A DNA stretch of 64,000 nt from Candidatus Nezhaarchaeales archaeon (GTDB lineage: Archaea; Thermoproteota; Methanomethylicia; Nezhaarchaeales; WYZ-LMO8). The translations under genes and the position numbers were made by a program. The stretch is from positions 76,989 to 140,988 of the forward strand of contig JAWAKK010000002.1 of assembly GCA_038887515.1 (NCBI GenBank), written 5' to 3'. The notes under the pieces were generated by a model. It ran no database searches, was not told the DNA's origin, and was given only the letters and a program-made list of their open reading frames with translations. This document shows positions 40,747 through 50,881 of this stretch, one piece after another; position 1 is the first letter of the stretch, and every line of letters begins with the position of its first letter.

Positions 40747-41959
40747 CGAGAGTTTCGTTAAGAGGATGTTCAAAAAATATTATACGGAATGTGAAGTAGA
40801 GCCGCCCAGAGAATATGAGAAGAGGGAGTACGCCTTCATAGTATCTAAGAAGGGCGAGATTATGAGACATAAATCCTTTGAAGACTGGAAGGATTTTAGG
40901 GATTTTCTAAATAGGAACGCGCCGTTGCATGTCTTTTACTCATCAGCTTACTACCTACAGCCATCAGCTCCAGACATGGATGCTAAAGAATGGATTGGAG
41001 CGGATCTAATATTCGATATAGATGTAGACCATATATATACTCCCTGCAAAGAAGATCACGATAAATGGACTTGCTTAGATTGCGGTCTTACTGGAAGCGG
41101 AATTCCTCGCGAATCATGCCCCCAATGCTTAAGCAAGAGAATAGATGTTAAGGCTTGGTTTTGCGATAGGTGTCTCGAAGTAGCCAAGGAGGAGACCATA
41201 AAACTTGTTGAGGATTTTTTAATTCAGGATTTTGGCTTTTCGACGAAAGAAATATCGATAGCATTTTCAGGGCGAAGAGGCTTTCACGTACACGTAGAGA
41301 ATGATGTAGTTAAGGAGTTAGATCAGAGGGCTAGAAGAGAAATAGTCGACTACGTAAAGGGTATAGGACTATCAATTCCAGGCAAAAAGAAGAAAGTTCT
41401 TGCTCCTCCATTAAGTGCTCGAGGGTGGCCAGGAAGGATCGCTAGGGGTGTATACGAGATTTTAAATTCATATAAGGTAGAGGACCTTACAAAGATCTTA
41501 GGCATAAAGATGAGGTCGCGTATCGAAGAGGCTGTAAAGATCGTAATCGAATCATTGGAGAAGTCCAAGAATTATTGGACTCTAGACCGTGTCACACATA
41601 AAGTCTGGCTTGAGGCTGTAAAAAAAGCTATAGAAAACAAGCGATGCGAAATCGATGAAAGGGTTACGACAGATATTAAGAGGTTAATAAGGTTGCCTGG
41701 ATCCCTTCATGGGGGGACCGGGCTAATAGTCCTGAAGGTTGCACTAAGAGATATTGACTCCTTTGATCCATACATTCATGCGGTAGCGTTTAGTAAAGGT
41801 GAGATTAGGGTAAGGGCACTGAACGTCCCGAAGATAACGTTTTTAAATCAAGTTTGGGGACCCTACAAAAACGAAATAGTGGAGTTACCACTAGGGTTAG
41901 CAATATACTTGCTTTGTTCAGACAATGCTATTATAGACTGGGTGCCTGATAATGCTTAA
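40718..41959 (+). CDS. priS: DNA primase small subunit PriS with inserted Zn ribbon
   Basis: DLIFDIDVDH, FSGRRGFHVH, IDERVTTDIKRLIRLPGSLH. Confidence 0.96.
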   Translation: MKAMKEKLDNESFVKRMFKKYYTECEVEPPREYEKREYAFIVSKKGEIMRHKSFEDWKDFRDFLNRNAPLHVFYSSAYYLQPSAPDMDAKEWIGADLIFDIDVDHIYTPCKEDHDKWTCLDCGLTGSGIPRESCPQCLSKRIDVKAWFCDRCLEVAKEETIKLVEDFLIQDFGFSTKEISIAFSGRRGFHVHVENDVVKELDQRARREIVDYVKGIGLSIPGKKKKVLAPPLSARGWPGRIARGVYEILNSYKVEDLTKILGIKMRSRIEEAVKIVIESLEKSKNYWTLDRVTHKVWLEAVKKAIENKRCEIDERVTTDIKRLIRLPGSLHGGTGLIVLKVALRDIDSFDPYIHAVAFSKGEIRVRALNVPKITFLNQVWGPYKNEIVELPLGLAIYLLCSDNAIIDWVPDNA

Positions 41960-42515
41960 GGAAGTGCTTAACGTCCTTCTTCGAGAGGTGTGTAGTGAAA
42001 AGCTTCTATGCATACCTCAAAACTTTTACGATTCTGTCTTAAGCTATATTCATGCATTAAAGGTACGAAAGAACAATGAAGTTAACGAGATACAGCGCAA
42101 AATATGGGAGGAAGAAGTTAGGCTACTGGAAGAGGTATTGAAAGCCATTAGAAATGTCAGGGCTAAGAAGATAATAAGCGAGGTCATTAACGGTAATGTT
42201 GTAAAAGGATTACCGCCGGAGGAAGATGTTTATTACTTAAATCTCAAGAGAGTACTTGACGTTGCGGAGACCAGTATAGGAACGGAGGTATCGGAACCTC
42301 GATGTGAGGGCAAAGTCTTATTGGTATTAAAGAAAGAGCTTGACGCCAATATCGCCGACAAGCTTGGTCTCTCTAATCTTGGACCAGAAGATGTAATCTT
42401 TATAAATAAGCGAGATGGTAGAATGCTCATCGATCTGGGCCTAGCAGAAGAGATAGAAATAGGTGATAGCAGTGAAGGTGCCGAAAGAGATAAACACGTA
42501 TTGTCCAAAGTGTAA
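41952..42515 (+). CDS. GINS complex subunit (Gins15/51 type)
   Basis: IPQNFY, helical A domain (R..KI) plus C-terminal B domain; conserved PCNA-PriS-GINS-L44e-S27e-aIF2a-Nop10 cluster. Confidence 0.78.
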   Translation: MLKEVLNVLLREVCSEKLLCIPQNFYDSVLSYIHALKVRKNNEVNEIQRKIWEEEVRLLEEVLKAIRNVRAKKIISEVINGNVVKGLPPEEDVYYLNLKRVLDVAETSIGTEVSEPRCEGKVLLVLKKELDANIADKLGLSNLGPEDVIFINKRDGRMLIDLGLAEEIEIGDSSEGAERDKHVLSKV

Positions 42516-42762
42516 GACGCACACAGCTCATACTGTAATGATCTATAAAGCTGGAAAAAGAAGGACCCTAGCCGAGGGAGAGAGAAGATACGCTAGGAAA
42601 AAGAGAGGCTACGGTAGCAAGAGAAAGCCCGAACAAAAAAGATTTGCCAAGGTTACGAAGAAGCAGGTCTTGAAATTGGTATGTAAGAAATGCGGTTACA
42701 CTGTCCATAAGAGAGGTATAAGGCTGAAGAAACTGGAGCTCATAGAGGTAGTTAAGGGGTAG
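42463..42762 (+). CDS. rpl44e: 50S ribosomal protein L44e (eL42)
   Basis: [27 protein letters not shown]; true start probably a few codons in. Confidence 0.96.
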   Translation: MIAVKVPKEINTYCPKCKTHTAHTVMIYKAGKRRTLAEGERRYARKKRGYGSKRKPEQKRFAKVTKKQVLKLVCKKCGYTVHKRGIRLKKLELIEVVKG

Positions 42763-42769
42763 CTGAGCC

Positions 42770-42970
42770 ATGGTTAGGAGGAGGAAAGAACTAGTACCAA
42801 TGCCTAAATCTAAGTTCTACATTGTAAGGTGCCCCGATTGTGGTAATACTCAAACGATATTCAGTCACGCTTCAACTCGCATTAATTGTTTTGTCTGCGG
42901 AAAACCCCTAGCAATACCTACAGGTGGTAAAGCGAAGATAGAAGGTAAAAAGGTTAGCGAATTCGGGTGA
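42770..42970 (+). CDS. rps27e: 30S ribosomal protein S27e
   Basis: [13 protein letters not shown]...CFVC...PTGGKA. Confidence 0.97.
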   Translation: MVRRRKELVPMPKSKFYIVRCPDCGNTQTIFSHASTRINCFVCGKPLAIPTGGKAKIEGKKVSEFG

Positions 42971-42986
42971 AGCCCAGAGAATTAAG

Positions 42987-43796
42987 GTGAAGAGAGTGGT
43001 CAGGAAGAGAAGAGAGTGGCCACAGCAAGGAGAAGTAGTTATAGGGACGATACTGCAAGTATTTGACAAAGGCGCCTACGTAGCTCTTGACGAGTACGGC
43101 AATAGAAGAGCGTATTTACCATTAAATGAAATCTCTTCTTCTTGGTTTCACAACATAAGGGACGTAATACGGGAAGGTCAAAAGACTGCCTTTAAGGTCA
43201 TTAGGGTAGACGCCTTAAAGGGCCACGTGGACCTATCTCTCAAAAGAGTGGCAGACGTTGAAAGAAGCAGAAAGATGCTTGAATGGAAGAGGGCCAAGAA
43301 GGCAGAAGTTTTACTTAACTTTACTGCAAAGAAGCTTGGAAAGAGCCTCGATGAAGCTTATAATGAAGTAGGGTGGAAACTTGAAGACTACTATGGTGAG
43401 ATTTACGCCGGTCTTGAGGAGGCAGCTAGGAAGGGGATAAGCGCTTTACTTGTTGCTGGAATCAGCAAGGAGTGGTCAGAGGCCTTAATGGATGTAGTTA
43501 AAGAACATATAGAGATACCCCAAGTTAAGTTATCGATGGTTCTTGAGCTGAAGTGTTATGGATCTAGAGGAGTTGAAGTTATTAGGAAGGCTTTGATAGA
43601 AGCCCTAAACTACGCTAAGTCCAAGGGGTATAACGTAAAGATTTATAGTGATGGAGCCCCAAAGTATAGGATCGATGCAATGGCAGAGGACTATAAGGGT
43701 CTTAAAAACATACTAAAAGAAGTCGCAAGCATAGCTCTTAACGTGATATCAAAAGAGGGGGGCAATGGAAGAATCTTAGAAGAACCTAAGAAGTGA
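42987..43796 (+). CDS. eif2a: Translation initiation factor aIF2 alpha
   Basis: WPQQGEVV, S1 domain, VIRVD..KGHVDLSLKRV, GAPKYRI. Confidence 0.96.
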   Translation: MKRVVRKRREWPQQGEVVIGTILQVFDKGAYVALDEYGNRRAYLPLNEISSSWFHNIRDVIREGQKTAFKVIRVDALKGHVDLSLKRVADVERSRKMLEWKRAKKAEVLLNFTAKKLGKSLDEAYNEVGWKLEDYYGEIYAGLEEAARKGISALLVAGISKEWSEALMDVVKEHIEIPQVKLSMVLELKCYGSRGVEVIRKALIEALNYAKSKGYNVKIYSDGAPKYRIDAMAEDYKGLKNILKEVASIALNVISKEGGNGRILEEPKK

Positions 43797-43806
43797 GGTT
43801 AAAACT

Positions 43807-43971
43807 TTGAGGAACTTAATGATGAAGTGCGTGAGTTGCGGAAAATACACGTTAAAGCGGGATGCATGCCCTTACTGTGGCGGCTCTCTTAAGAACCCTC
43901 ATCCACCTAGATATTCGCCTCACGATAAGTATGTAAAGTATAGGCTTAAGGCTAAACTTTCAAACAGTTAA
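43807..43971 (+). CDS. nop10: H/ACA RNP protein Nop10
   Basis: Manual translation (below the ORF-track cut-off): LRNLMMKCVSCGKYTLKRDACPYCGGSLKNPHPPRYSPHDKYVKYRL. Confidence 0.95.
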   Translation: MRNLMMKCVSCGKYTLKRDACPYCGGSLKNPHPPRYSPHDKYVKYRLKAKLSNS

Positions 43972-46074
43972 CTAACTTTCATCATAAAGTACTTCATAAA
44001 CTAGGACCTCTTGGTTCGGCTCGCTCGCGTACACTAATTTAAAGTATTGAGGTGCTGGAATGTGAAGTAGGCTATAGCTAATTCTGTAACCGCCGTCCTC
44101 GCTTTGAGTTACATTAAGATCCCTTAAGTAGAACATTCTGTTACCAACTGGTACATACAGTAACTTATAGAGGGTTGTTTCAGCGGCCTTTGGTCCTTTA
44201 GGTACTGGTACCATTTGAGATAGGAAGTGAAAGTTGTCGAGGGCTATGTAATCGTTGACGTTAAAACCGGCTATGCTAGCCATAGCCGAGTAACTTATGG
44301 CAACGTAGTCGTGCCCCCACGAGATCCAAAGAGGAATAGGAATGCCTAGGGCTGAACCTATATCGAAGAATATTCCATGCACGACAACATGCGTAATCCC
44401 CAAGCTCTTGAATATCTTTAGTGCTTCGGTCTCATTAGATAGAAAGGCTTGTGCTATGAGCCTTATTTGAGTTCCATTTATTGTTGCGTTATCGCAGACA
44501 GTAGTCCTATTGCCAACTATCGATATCCAATAACCGTGATCCCACCATGAAGCGACAACAGCATCCGTGGGTAAGTTGTCTCTGATCCAGGTAAGAGCGG
44601 AAAGCCAGTCTCTAGACATTAGAACGGGGCTATCGGCATATGCCACACCGATAGGTATGCCACTTTGAGGGTCAACGAGGTAGAAGCTGGTTACCGAGGG
44701 CGTTAGGATAATGATGCATGCCAACAAGCCCAAAACTACATATGAAGAGGAGGGCTTAAACGTCTTCTTGGAAGGCTTCGTATGCCTGCCAGCCATGCTC
44801 TTTGCGACGTGAGAAAGGAGCCTTGAAGCAGCAATCCCAGCTAAAATTGAGAAAACCGGTGCTAAAAGCAGGTTTAGCCTTACTAGGTTTGCAGCTACGT
44901 AGGCTGTGGAGACCCCTAGTAATATTAGGAGGACGTCAACGTCGTTGAGTCTACGTGATAGGAAGAATAGGCCTGCAACACCAAGCAGTAGTATAAAGCC
45001 AAATTGCAAGAAGAAGTGAGACCAGGTTGTCAAAGCATGTTCTGCAACGGACTTCACTAGGGGATCTTCCGACCTAATCCATGGAAGTACGGCCGTTAGA
45101 TACCTAAGACTTACAGAAGGGCCTCTTAGCGCTATAAAGGCCAAGCCAGCTACTATCAGTACAGCTATGTAACCTGTTGTGAATAGGTTTTTAATTTTAA
45201 GAGGAATATGCATCCTTACCTCACAAACTATTAATGTTACGATTGCTAGAAGGGGTAGTATGGCCATAGGTGAAGTGAGGAGACCTATCCCATTCTTCGG
45301 GACCATAGAAGCTACTAAGAGGCCAACAATTAGCGTGGGCAAGGAGGCTGACAACAGGTTCTTACTATAGCGTTTCATCACTATTAAGATGAGCGTGTAT
45401 AGAGCGAGGAGGTTAAGGGGGTATACGAAGGCGCCCCACGTAATGCCCATATAACCTAAAGCTAGGCCTGCTACTACACCGCTAATAGTAGAGTTTTTCT
45501 TTAACGCCCTTACGTAAAAGAAAAGTGCGATTACTAACATTAATATGCCTACGCTTTCATCATCAAAAAAGCCGAAGATAGTCCTAGAGATATAGGCAGA
45601 GTTAACCGCTATAAAGAGGCTAGCGAGAATACCCGCTACATCACCTTCGACTTCTCTAACGAGAAAGAAGATAGCTATGGCAGTTATGGCGCCGAGTATT
45701 GGCGGTAATATACAACAGAAAGTCATTAGGTCGATTTCTAAGCCGAAGGGCTTAACAAGCATGTATAGAAATGCGCCAATAAAGGCTACCCCTGGAAATG
45801 ATGTCTGTGATATAGATCTGCCCCAAGGGGCCCAGAATCGATGATCCACTCCCCACGAAAACCATTCTACAAATCCGCTCCACCCCTTATTAACTACATA
45901 GTTAGCCATGTAATACTGGTAGAATGGATCGTGTTCGTTTAATACGAAAACCCCATACTTCAAAGGCATTAAGCGTAGCGATAGGGCTATTATGAATACT
46001 ATTACCATCGATGTTGCTACGATAATCAACTTCTTAGAATTCATGCAAGGCACCAGCTTACAACAAACTTTCAT
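43972..46074 (-). CDS. aglB: Oligosaccharyltransferase AglB (STT3)
   Basis: EHDPFYQ, DDE, SVAEH, WWDHG variant of WWDYG, TTVCDNAT, many TM helices. Confidence 0.94.
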   Translation of the reverse strand: MKVCCKLVPCMNSKKLIIVATSMVIVFIIALSLRLMPLKYGVFVLNEHDPFYQYYMANYVVNKGWSGFVEWFSWGVDHRFWAPWGRSISQTSFPGVAFIGAFLYMLVKPFGLEIDLMTFCCILPPILGAITAIAIFFLVREVEGDVAGILASLFIAVNSAYISRTIFGFFDDESVGILMLVIALFFYVRALKKNSTISGVVAGLALGYMGITWGAFVYPLNLLALYTLILIVMKRYSKNLLSASLPTLIVGLLVASMVPKNGIGLLTSPMAILPLLAIVTLIVCEVRMHIPLKIKNLFTTGYIAVLIVAGLAFIALRGPSVSLRYLTAVLPWIRSEDPLVKSVAEHALTTWSHFFLQFGFILLLGVAGLFFLSRRLNDVDVLLILLGVSTAYVAANLVRLNLLLAPVFSILAGIAASRLLSHVAKSMAGRHTKPSKKTFKPSSSYVVLGLLACIIILTPSVTSFYLVDPQSGIPIGVAYADSPVLMSRDWLSALTWIRDNLPTDAVVASWWDHGYWISIVGNRTTVCDNATINGTQIRLIAQAFLSNETEALKIFKSLGITHVVVHGIFFDIGSALGIPIPLWISWGHDYVAISYSAMASIAGFNVNDYIALDNFHFLSQMVPVPKGPKAAETTLYKLLYVPVGNRMFYLRDLNVTQSEDGGYRISYSLLHIPAPQYFKLVYASEPNQEVLVYEVLYDES

Positions 46075-46183
46075 AATAGCTAGTAATAAACTTAAAGTTT
46101 TTTAGACCGCTATAATCTGGAAACTACAAGCCATCAATATTGAGAAAGGTAAAAGTGTTTGAGGACCTGCGAACTGAATCAAG

Positions 46184-49100
46184 GTGATTCGTATGGAATT
46201 GAAATACTATGATCCGCTCAAGATCGAGCAGTATGTTAGGGATTATTGGAGTAGAAATAACATAGCAAATAAGTGCTTCAGTCTTAGAAGGGGAGGAAAG
46301 CTATTTAGCTTCCTAGAGGGGCCCCCTACGACTAATGGTTTTATGCATGTTGGTCATGCTAGGGGTAGAACCCTCAAGGACGTTATAATTAAGTTTAAGC
46401 TTATGCAGGGATTTGACGTTTGGCGCCGCGCTGGTTGGGATACGCAAGGCCTACCCGTTGAGCTTGAAGCTGAGAAAAGCTTAGGTTTAAAGTCGAAGAA
46501 GGAGATAGAGACCATAGGATACGAAAGGTTTGTAGAAGAATGTAATAGGCTTGTAGATTTTTACTTGAGCCATTGGAGGAAAGCTTCTGAGCTATTAGGG
46601 CTATGGCTAGACTATGACAATGCTTATGAGACGAGGAAGAAGGAGTACATAGAGTTCATATGGTGGGCTCTAAAGCAAGCCTACGATAAAGGGTTATTAG
46701 TTGAGGACCTTAAGGTGATAGCGTTTTGCCCTCGCTGTGAAACTCCTCTATCCGATCAAGAGGTTGCTTTAGGCTACATGAGCATAGATGATCCCTCAAT
46801 TTATGTCAAAATACCATTATCGGCTCAAGGCTCTACCTACATAATTATCTGGACGACGACTCCTTGGACTTTACCTGCAAACGAGGCCGTGTGTTTACAT
46901 CCTGACGAACATTACGTCGAGGTCGAAGTACAAGGCGAAAAGTGGATATTAGCTGAAAAGCTTGTAGAGAAAGTTATGAGTGAAGTAAAAGTAGCAAACT
47001 ACAAAGTTCTTAGAAGATTCCTCGGATCAGAGATCGAAGGCGTGAAATACGTTCATCCACTGCTAGACGAAGTTCCCGAACATAAGTGTCACGAGAGTTC
47101 CCACATAGTAACGTGCGACCAAAGAGTAAGTATGGAGGAGGGGAGCGGTTGCGTTCACATAGCTCCTGCACATGGACCCGAAGACTTTGAGATAGGCAGG
47201 AAATACTCTTTGCCGGTATTCTGCCCAGTCGACCTCAATGGTGGTTATACTGATAAGGCTGGAAAGTACAGGGGACTATACGTAAGAGAAGCGAACAAAT
47301 TAATAATTGACGATCTAAAAAGAAGGGGGCTGTTGGTATACGAAGGAATTATAACTCATGAGTACCCTCATTGTTGGAGATGCAATACTCCTTTAATTTA
47401 CAGAGCCGACAAGCAGTGGTTTTTACGGATAGAGCCTGTAAAGGAGGTAATTCTGGAAGAAAACAAGAAAGTAAAGTGGGTTCCTCAGTGGGCTGGAGAA
47501 GCTAGATTTCACAACTGGATAGTTAATGCGAGGGACTGGTGTATCTCACGTCTAAGAGTATGGGGCTCTCCATTAAATATTTGGACGTGTACTAAATGTG
47601 CTAATAGAGTTTGCGTAGGTTCTATTGAAGAGCTCAAAAGCTTGGCCGTGACGGTAGTAGAGGATCTAGAATTACACAGACCGTGGATCGACGCTGTAAA
47701 GCTTAGATGTCCAAAATGCGGTGGAGATATGGTAAGAGAGCCACACGTCTTAGATTGCTGGCTTGACTCGGGCTTAGCGCATGCAGCTAGCGTCAATTAC
47801 TTAAAAGATAAATCTATATTTCAGGTTGTTTTCCCCTACGATTTTATAACTGAAGCTGTAGACCAGACGAGAGGATGGTTCTTTTCTTTGATATTCACGA
47901 GTGTAATGCTTTTCAATAAATCGCCCTATAAGAGCGTGCTATGTCAAGGACACGTACTCGACAAGCTAGGCCAGAAAATGTCGAAGAGCAAAGGCAACGT
48001 TGTTTGGGCCCTTGACGTTATGGAAAGAGAGGGGACGGATCCTCTACGTCTCTACTTAGTCATGAAGTCCGCTCCTTGGGATTCATTGAACTTCGATATT
48101 GAAGAGCTAAGAACTGTTAAGCGCCTCTTAAATACGATATTCAATGTATTTAAGTTTGCAAGTACGTACATGGAGTTAGATAAGTTTAACTATGGAAAGA
48201 ATCCGATAGACAACTTCGTCGATAAATTAAAACCAGAAGACCAATGGATCCTTTCAAGGATTCAAACGACTATTGAAAACGTCACATCAAATATTGAAGC
48301 TTTTAACGTACATGAAGCCTCAAAAGCCGTCGTAAACTTTATGATAGAAGATTTAAGTCATGGTTATATAAGGTTCATAAGAAGGAGGGTTTGGCTGGAA
48401 GAGGAGAATATCGAAAAACTGATGACGTACAGCGTTTTGTACTACGTCCTTGATAAGGCTCTAAGGTTATTGGCGCCCTTCACCCCTCATATAGCAGAAT
48501 GGCTGTATCAAGTCTTTTTAAGGAAGTTCGGCGATTGGAAGGAAGAAAGCATATTTATGCTTGAGTGGCCGCATGCGGAACCTCGATTTATTAATAGAGA
48601 GCTTGAGGAGGGAGGAGAACAACTCATAAGCACCTTGACCCTTGTCGCTAGTGCAAGGCAAAAAGCTAGACTTAAGAGTAGGTGGCCAGTATCTGGAGTA
48701 GTCGTAGTATTATTTAATGAAGACTTATCTAAGAAGCTCGAAAACTTCTTAAACCTACTCCGTGAACAGGCCAATGCGCGAAGCGTGGCCATAACTAGTA
48801 ACATACCCGCTGATTTAAAGTTGAAAGTAAAGATTCAAGAAGGAAAGGTTAAGAAATTTGGAGAAAAGGTTAAGAGTTTAAATGAGTTCTTGGAGAATGT
48901 TGAAGCTGGAAGGCTCATACGAGAGTTGTGCGTCTACGGTAAGACGTGTATCAATTTAAGCGGTGAAGAAGTTTTCTTGGAAAGTGAAGACGTGGAAGTC
49001 GTAAGCGCCGAAGACGGAGCTAAGTGGGTCTTCGTTTTAGGGAAACATATGGTTGTTTGCTTAAATACTACTCGAGATAAAGAGTTAGAAGCTGAAGCTA

Positions 49101-49375
49101 TTACTAGGGAAATAGTCCGCAGAGTACAATACATGCGTAAAGAACTTGACCTGAAAATCGAGGATTACATAGACTTAATTCTTGAAGCTGAAGAGGGATC
49201 GCTAGACATCTTAGATTTAAAGAACATCAGTTACTTAAAGAGCGAAGTTAGGGCGAAGGAGTTTAAGATAATCACTAGTGGAGTAGCCATAAATAGGGGA
49301 AAGGGATGGCATACCAAGGAGTGGGACATTGACGGTTTAAAAGTCACCATACACTTACGAAGGACAGAAGGTTAA
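46184..49375 (+). CDS. ileS: Isoleucyl-tRNA synthetase
   Basis: EGPPTTNG.MHVGH, GWDTQGLPVE, WTTTPWTL, RDWCISR, KMSKSKGN; start may be ATG 46193. Confidence 0.97.
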   Translation: MIRMELKYYDPLKIEQYVRDYWSRNNIANKCFSLRRGGKLFSFLEGPPTTNGFMHVGHARGRTLKDVIIKFKLMQGFDVWRRAGWDTQGLPVELEAEKSLGLKSKKEIETIGYERFVEECNRLVDFYLSHWRKASELLGLWLDYDNAYETRKKEYIEFIWWALKQAYDKGLLVEDLKVIAFCPRCETPLSDQEVALGYMSIDDPSIYVKIPLSAQGSTYIIIWTTTPWTLPANEAVCLHPDEHYVEVEVQGEKWILAEKLVEKVMSEVKVANYKVLRRFLGSEIEGVKYVHPLLDEVPEHKCHESSHIVTCDQRVSMEEGSGCVHIAPAHGPEDFEIGRKYSLPVFCPVDLNGGYTDKAGKYRGLYVREANKLIIDDLKRRGLLVYEGIITHEYPHCWRCNTPLIYRADKQWFLRIEPVKEVILEENKKVKWVPQWAGEARFHNWIVNARDWCISRLRVWGSPLNIWTCTKCANRVCVGSIEELKSLAVTVVEDLELHRPWIDAVKLRCPKCGGDMVREPHVLDCWLDSGLAHAASVNYLKDKSIFQVVFPYDFITEAVDQTRGWFFSLIFTSVMLFNKSPYKSVLCQGHVLDKLGQKMSKSKGNVVWALDVMEREGTDPLRLYLVMKSAPWDSLNFDIEELRTVKRLLNTIFNVFKFASTYMELDKFNYGKNPIDNFVDKLKPEDQWILSRIQTTIENVTSNIEAFNVHEASKAVVNFMIEDLSHGYIRFIRRRVWLEEENIEKLMTYSVLYYVLDKALRLLAPFTPHIAEWLYQVFLRKFGDWKEESIFMLEWPHAEPRFINRELEEGGEQLISTLTLVASARQKARLKSRWPVSGVVVVLFNEDLSKKLENFLNLLREQANARSVAITSNIPADLKLKVKIQEGKVKKFGEKVKSLNEFLENVEAGRLIRELCVYGKTCINLSGEEVFLESEDVEVVSAEDGAKWVFVLGKHMVVCLNTTRDKELEAEAITREIVRRVQYMRKELDLKIEDYIDLILEAEEGSLDILDLKNISYLKSEVRAKEFKIITSGVAINRGKGWHTKEWDIDGLKVTIHLRRTEG

Positions 49376-49417
49376 AGTAAAAGTTTTTAGTTAAGCGAGG
49401 GACTTGAAGTATTTTGA

Positions 49418-49502
49418 GCCGGGATGGCCGAGTGGACCAAGGCGCCAGCCTTGAGAGCTGGTGTCCCCATGGGACGCGCGGGTTCGAATCCCGCTCCCGG
49501 CG
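49418..49502 (+). tRNA. tRNA-Ser(TGA), long variable arm, no intron, CCA not encoded
   Basis: Acceptor GCCGGGA/TCCCGGC, G discriminator; anticodon stem CCAGC/GCTGG, loop CTTGAGA (TGA at 49452-54); GGTTCGAATCC T-loop. Confidence 0.95.
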
Positions 49503-49546
49503 CTATAATAAAGCAATCCCGATAATCACTTAATGGTGGCCCTATA

Positions 49547-49972
49547 ATGAGTATAAGGTTCTTGGATCATCCTTCAGACGTGTACGTTGAAGTAAGGACC
49601 AAGAGTTTAAAAGATGCTTTAGCTCTTTGCGGAGTAGCAGTTTACGAAATAATGACCGATATAAATCGTGTAGGTAGAGTAGAGAAGGTAGAGGTAGCTG
49701 TTGAAGGATTTGACCTTTATTCTTTACTTTATAATTGGCTAGAAGAGCTCATTTACCTCTTCGATGCAAGAGGGTTCCTAGGATCTGAAGTACACATTGA
49801 AGAGTTAATCGAAACAGAGGCAGGGTTTAAGCTTAAAGCTACCATTATTGGTGAAAGATACGATCCGCAACGTCACGAGTCTAAGACCGCCATAAAGGCT
49901 GCCACTTACCACTTGATGGAAATAAGGAGGGAGGGGGAAGAGTACGTTCTAAGATTTGTCTTAGACATATAA
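49547..49972 (+). CDS. Archease
   Basis: LDHPSDV, LYNWLEELIY, IKAATYH, FVLDI. Confidence 0.93.
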   Translation: MSIRFLDHPSDVYVEVRTKSLKDALALCGVAVYEIMTDINRVGRVEKVEVAVEGFDLYSLLYNWLEELIYLFDARGFLGSEVHIEELIETEAGFKLKATIIGERYDPQRHESKTAIKAATYHLMEIRREGEEYVLRFVLDI

Positions 49973-50028
49973 CTTAATACACATAGCTTAATGAACGTAT
50001 AATCCATGCAGTAATTTGCCTGAACCTC

Positions 50029-50757
50029 CTACTTCGACTTAATGTACATCTCCCTTTTCCTTAAGAATTCTACTATATTGCTGAATGGTTTAGCCGGGAC
50101 GCCTTTAACTGCAACGCCCCTAGGGACGTCTCTTGTCACTACGCTTCCTGCTGCAATAAATGACTCCTCTCCCACTTCTACTCCTGCAACAATTATGGCG
50201 TTAGCGGCTATTATTGCCCCCCTACCTATCTTTGTTGAAACTATTCTTCTACTAGGAGGATACTTATCATTAGTTATGACTACCTTAGGACCTAGAAAAA
50301 CGTCGTCGCATATTATGGTACCCCTAGGTATAAAGACGCCTGATTGTATGTTAACTCTTTTACCTATGCGAGTCTCCCCTTCTATAATTGTATAAGAGCC
50401 TACACTCGAATGGTCGCCTACCTCAGTGTCTTCGCGAACAAGTACGTTATGCCCAAAGTGCACCTCGTCGCCTACCTTAACTCGTTCATAAACTACGCAG
50501 CCGCTACGTAAAATACATCTTTCCCCCACTATACAGCCTTTACTTACCTCGTCAAAAGCGGAGTCGATGCTCCGCCCTTGTATACTTGACTCTAATAACT
50601 TAGCTAGGCTCTGGCGTGTAGGATACCCCAGTATAACCATGTCGTCAATGATCGTATCTTTGCCTACGAAAGTACTTCCATAAACCTTTATCAGGGATCC
50701 GAGGATACAAGCGTTTACCAAGGCTCTACTGGAAATATACCGCAACAAGGTTACCAC
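50029..50757 (-). CDS. Hexapeptide-repeat (left-handed beta-helix) N-acetyltransferase, WbpD-like
   Basis: Repeated [IV]GxxxxI, VFLGP.VVITNDKYPP, IAAGSVVTRDVP...GVPA. Confidence 0.88.
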   Translation of the reverse strand: MVTLLRYISSRALVNACILGSLIKVYGSTFVGKDTIIDDMVILGYPTRQSLAKLLESSIQGRSIDSAFDEVSKGCIVGERCILRSGCVVYERVKVGDEVHFGHNVLVREDTEVGDHSSVGSYTIIEGETRIGKRVNIQSGVFIPRGTIICDDVFLGPKVVITNDKYPPSRRIVSTKIGRGAIIAANAIIVAGVEVGEESFIAAGSVVTRDVPRGVAVKGVPAKPFSNIVEFLRKREMYIKSK

Positions 50758-50881
50758 CTAATTTGAGGGCCTCAGGTCATGAATGGTCTTTCACGGTAAT
50801 TCAACACTCGGCAAGCTCTTCATCGGCCAGTTAGACTTGTGTAGGAGGGACTTATATCTCTTTAGTAAAGGTGTATATGTA

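Noticed and set aside
49418-49550. tRNA-Ser as an integration site for a mobile element
   Set aside because: No integrase, no duplicated tRNA 3' end in the window, and the flanking genes are core housekeeping genes.
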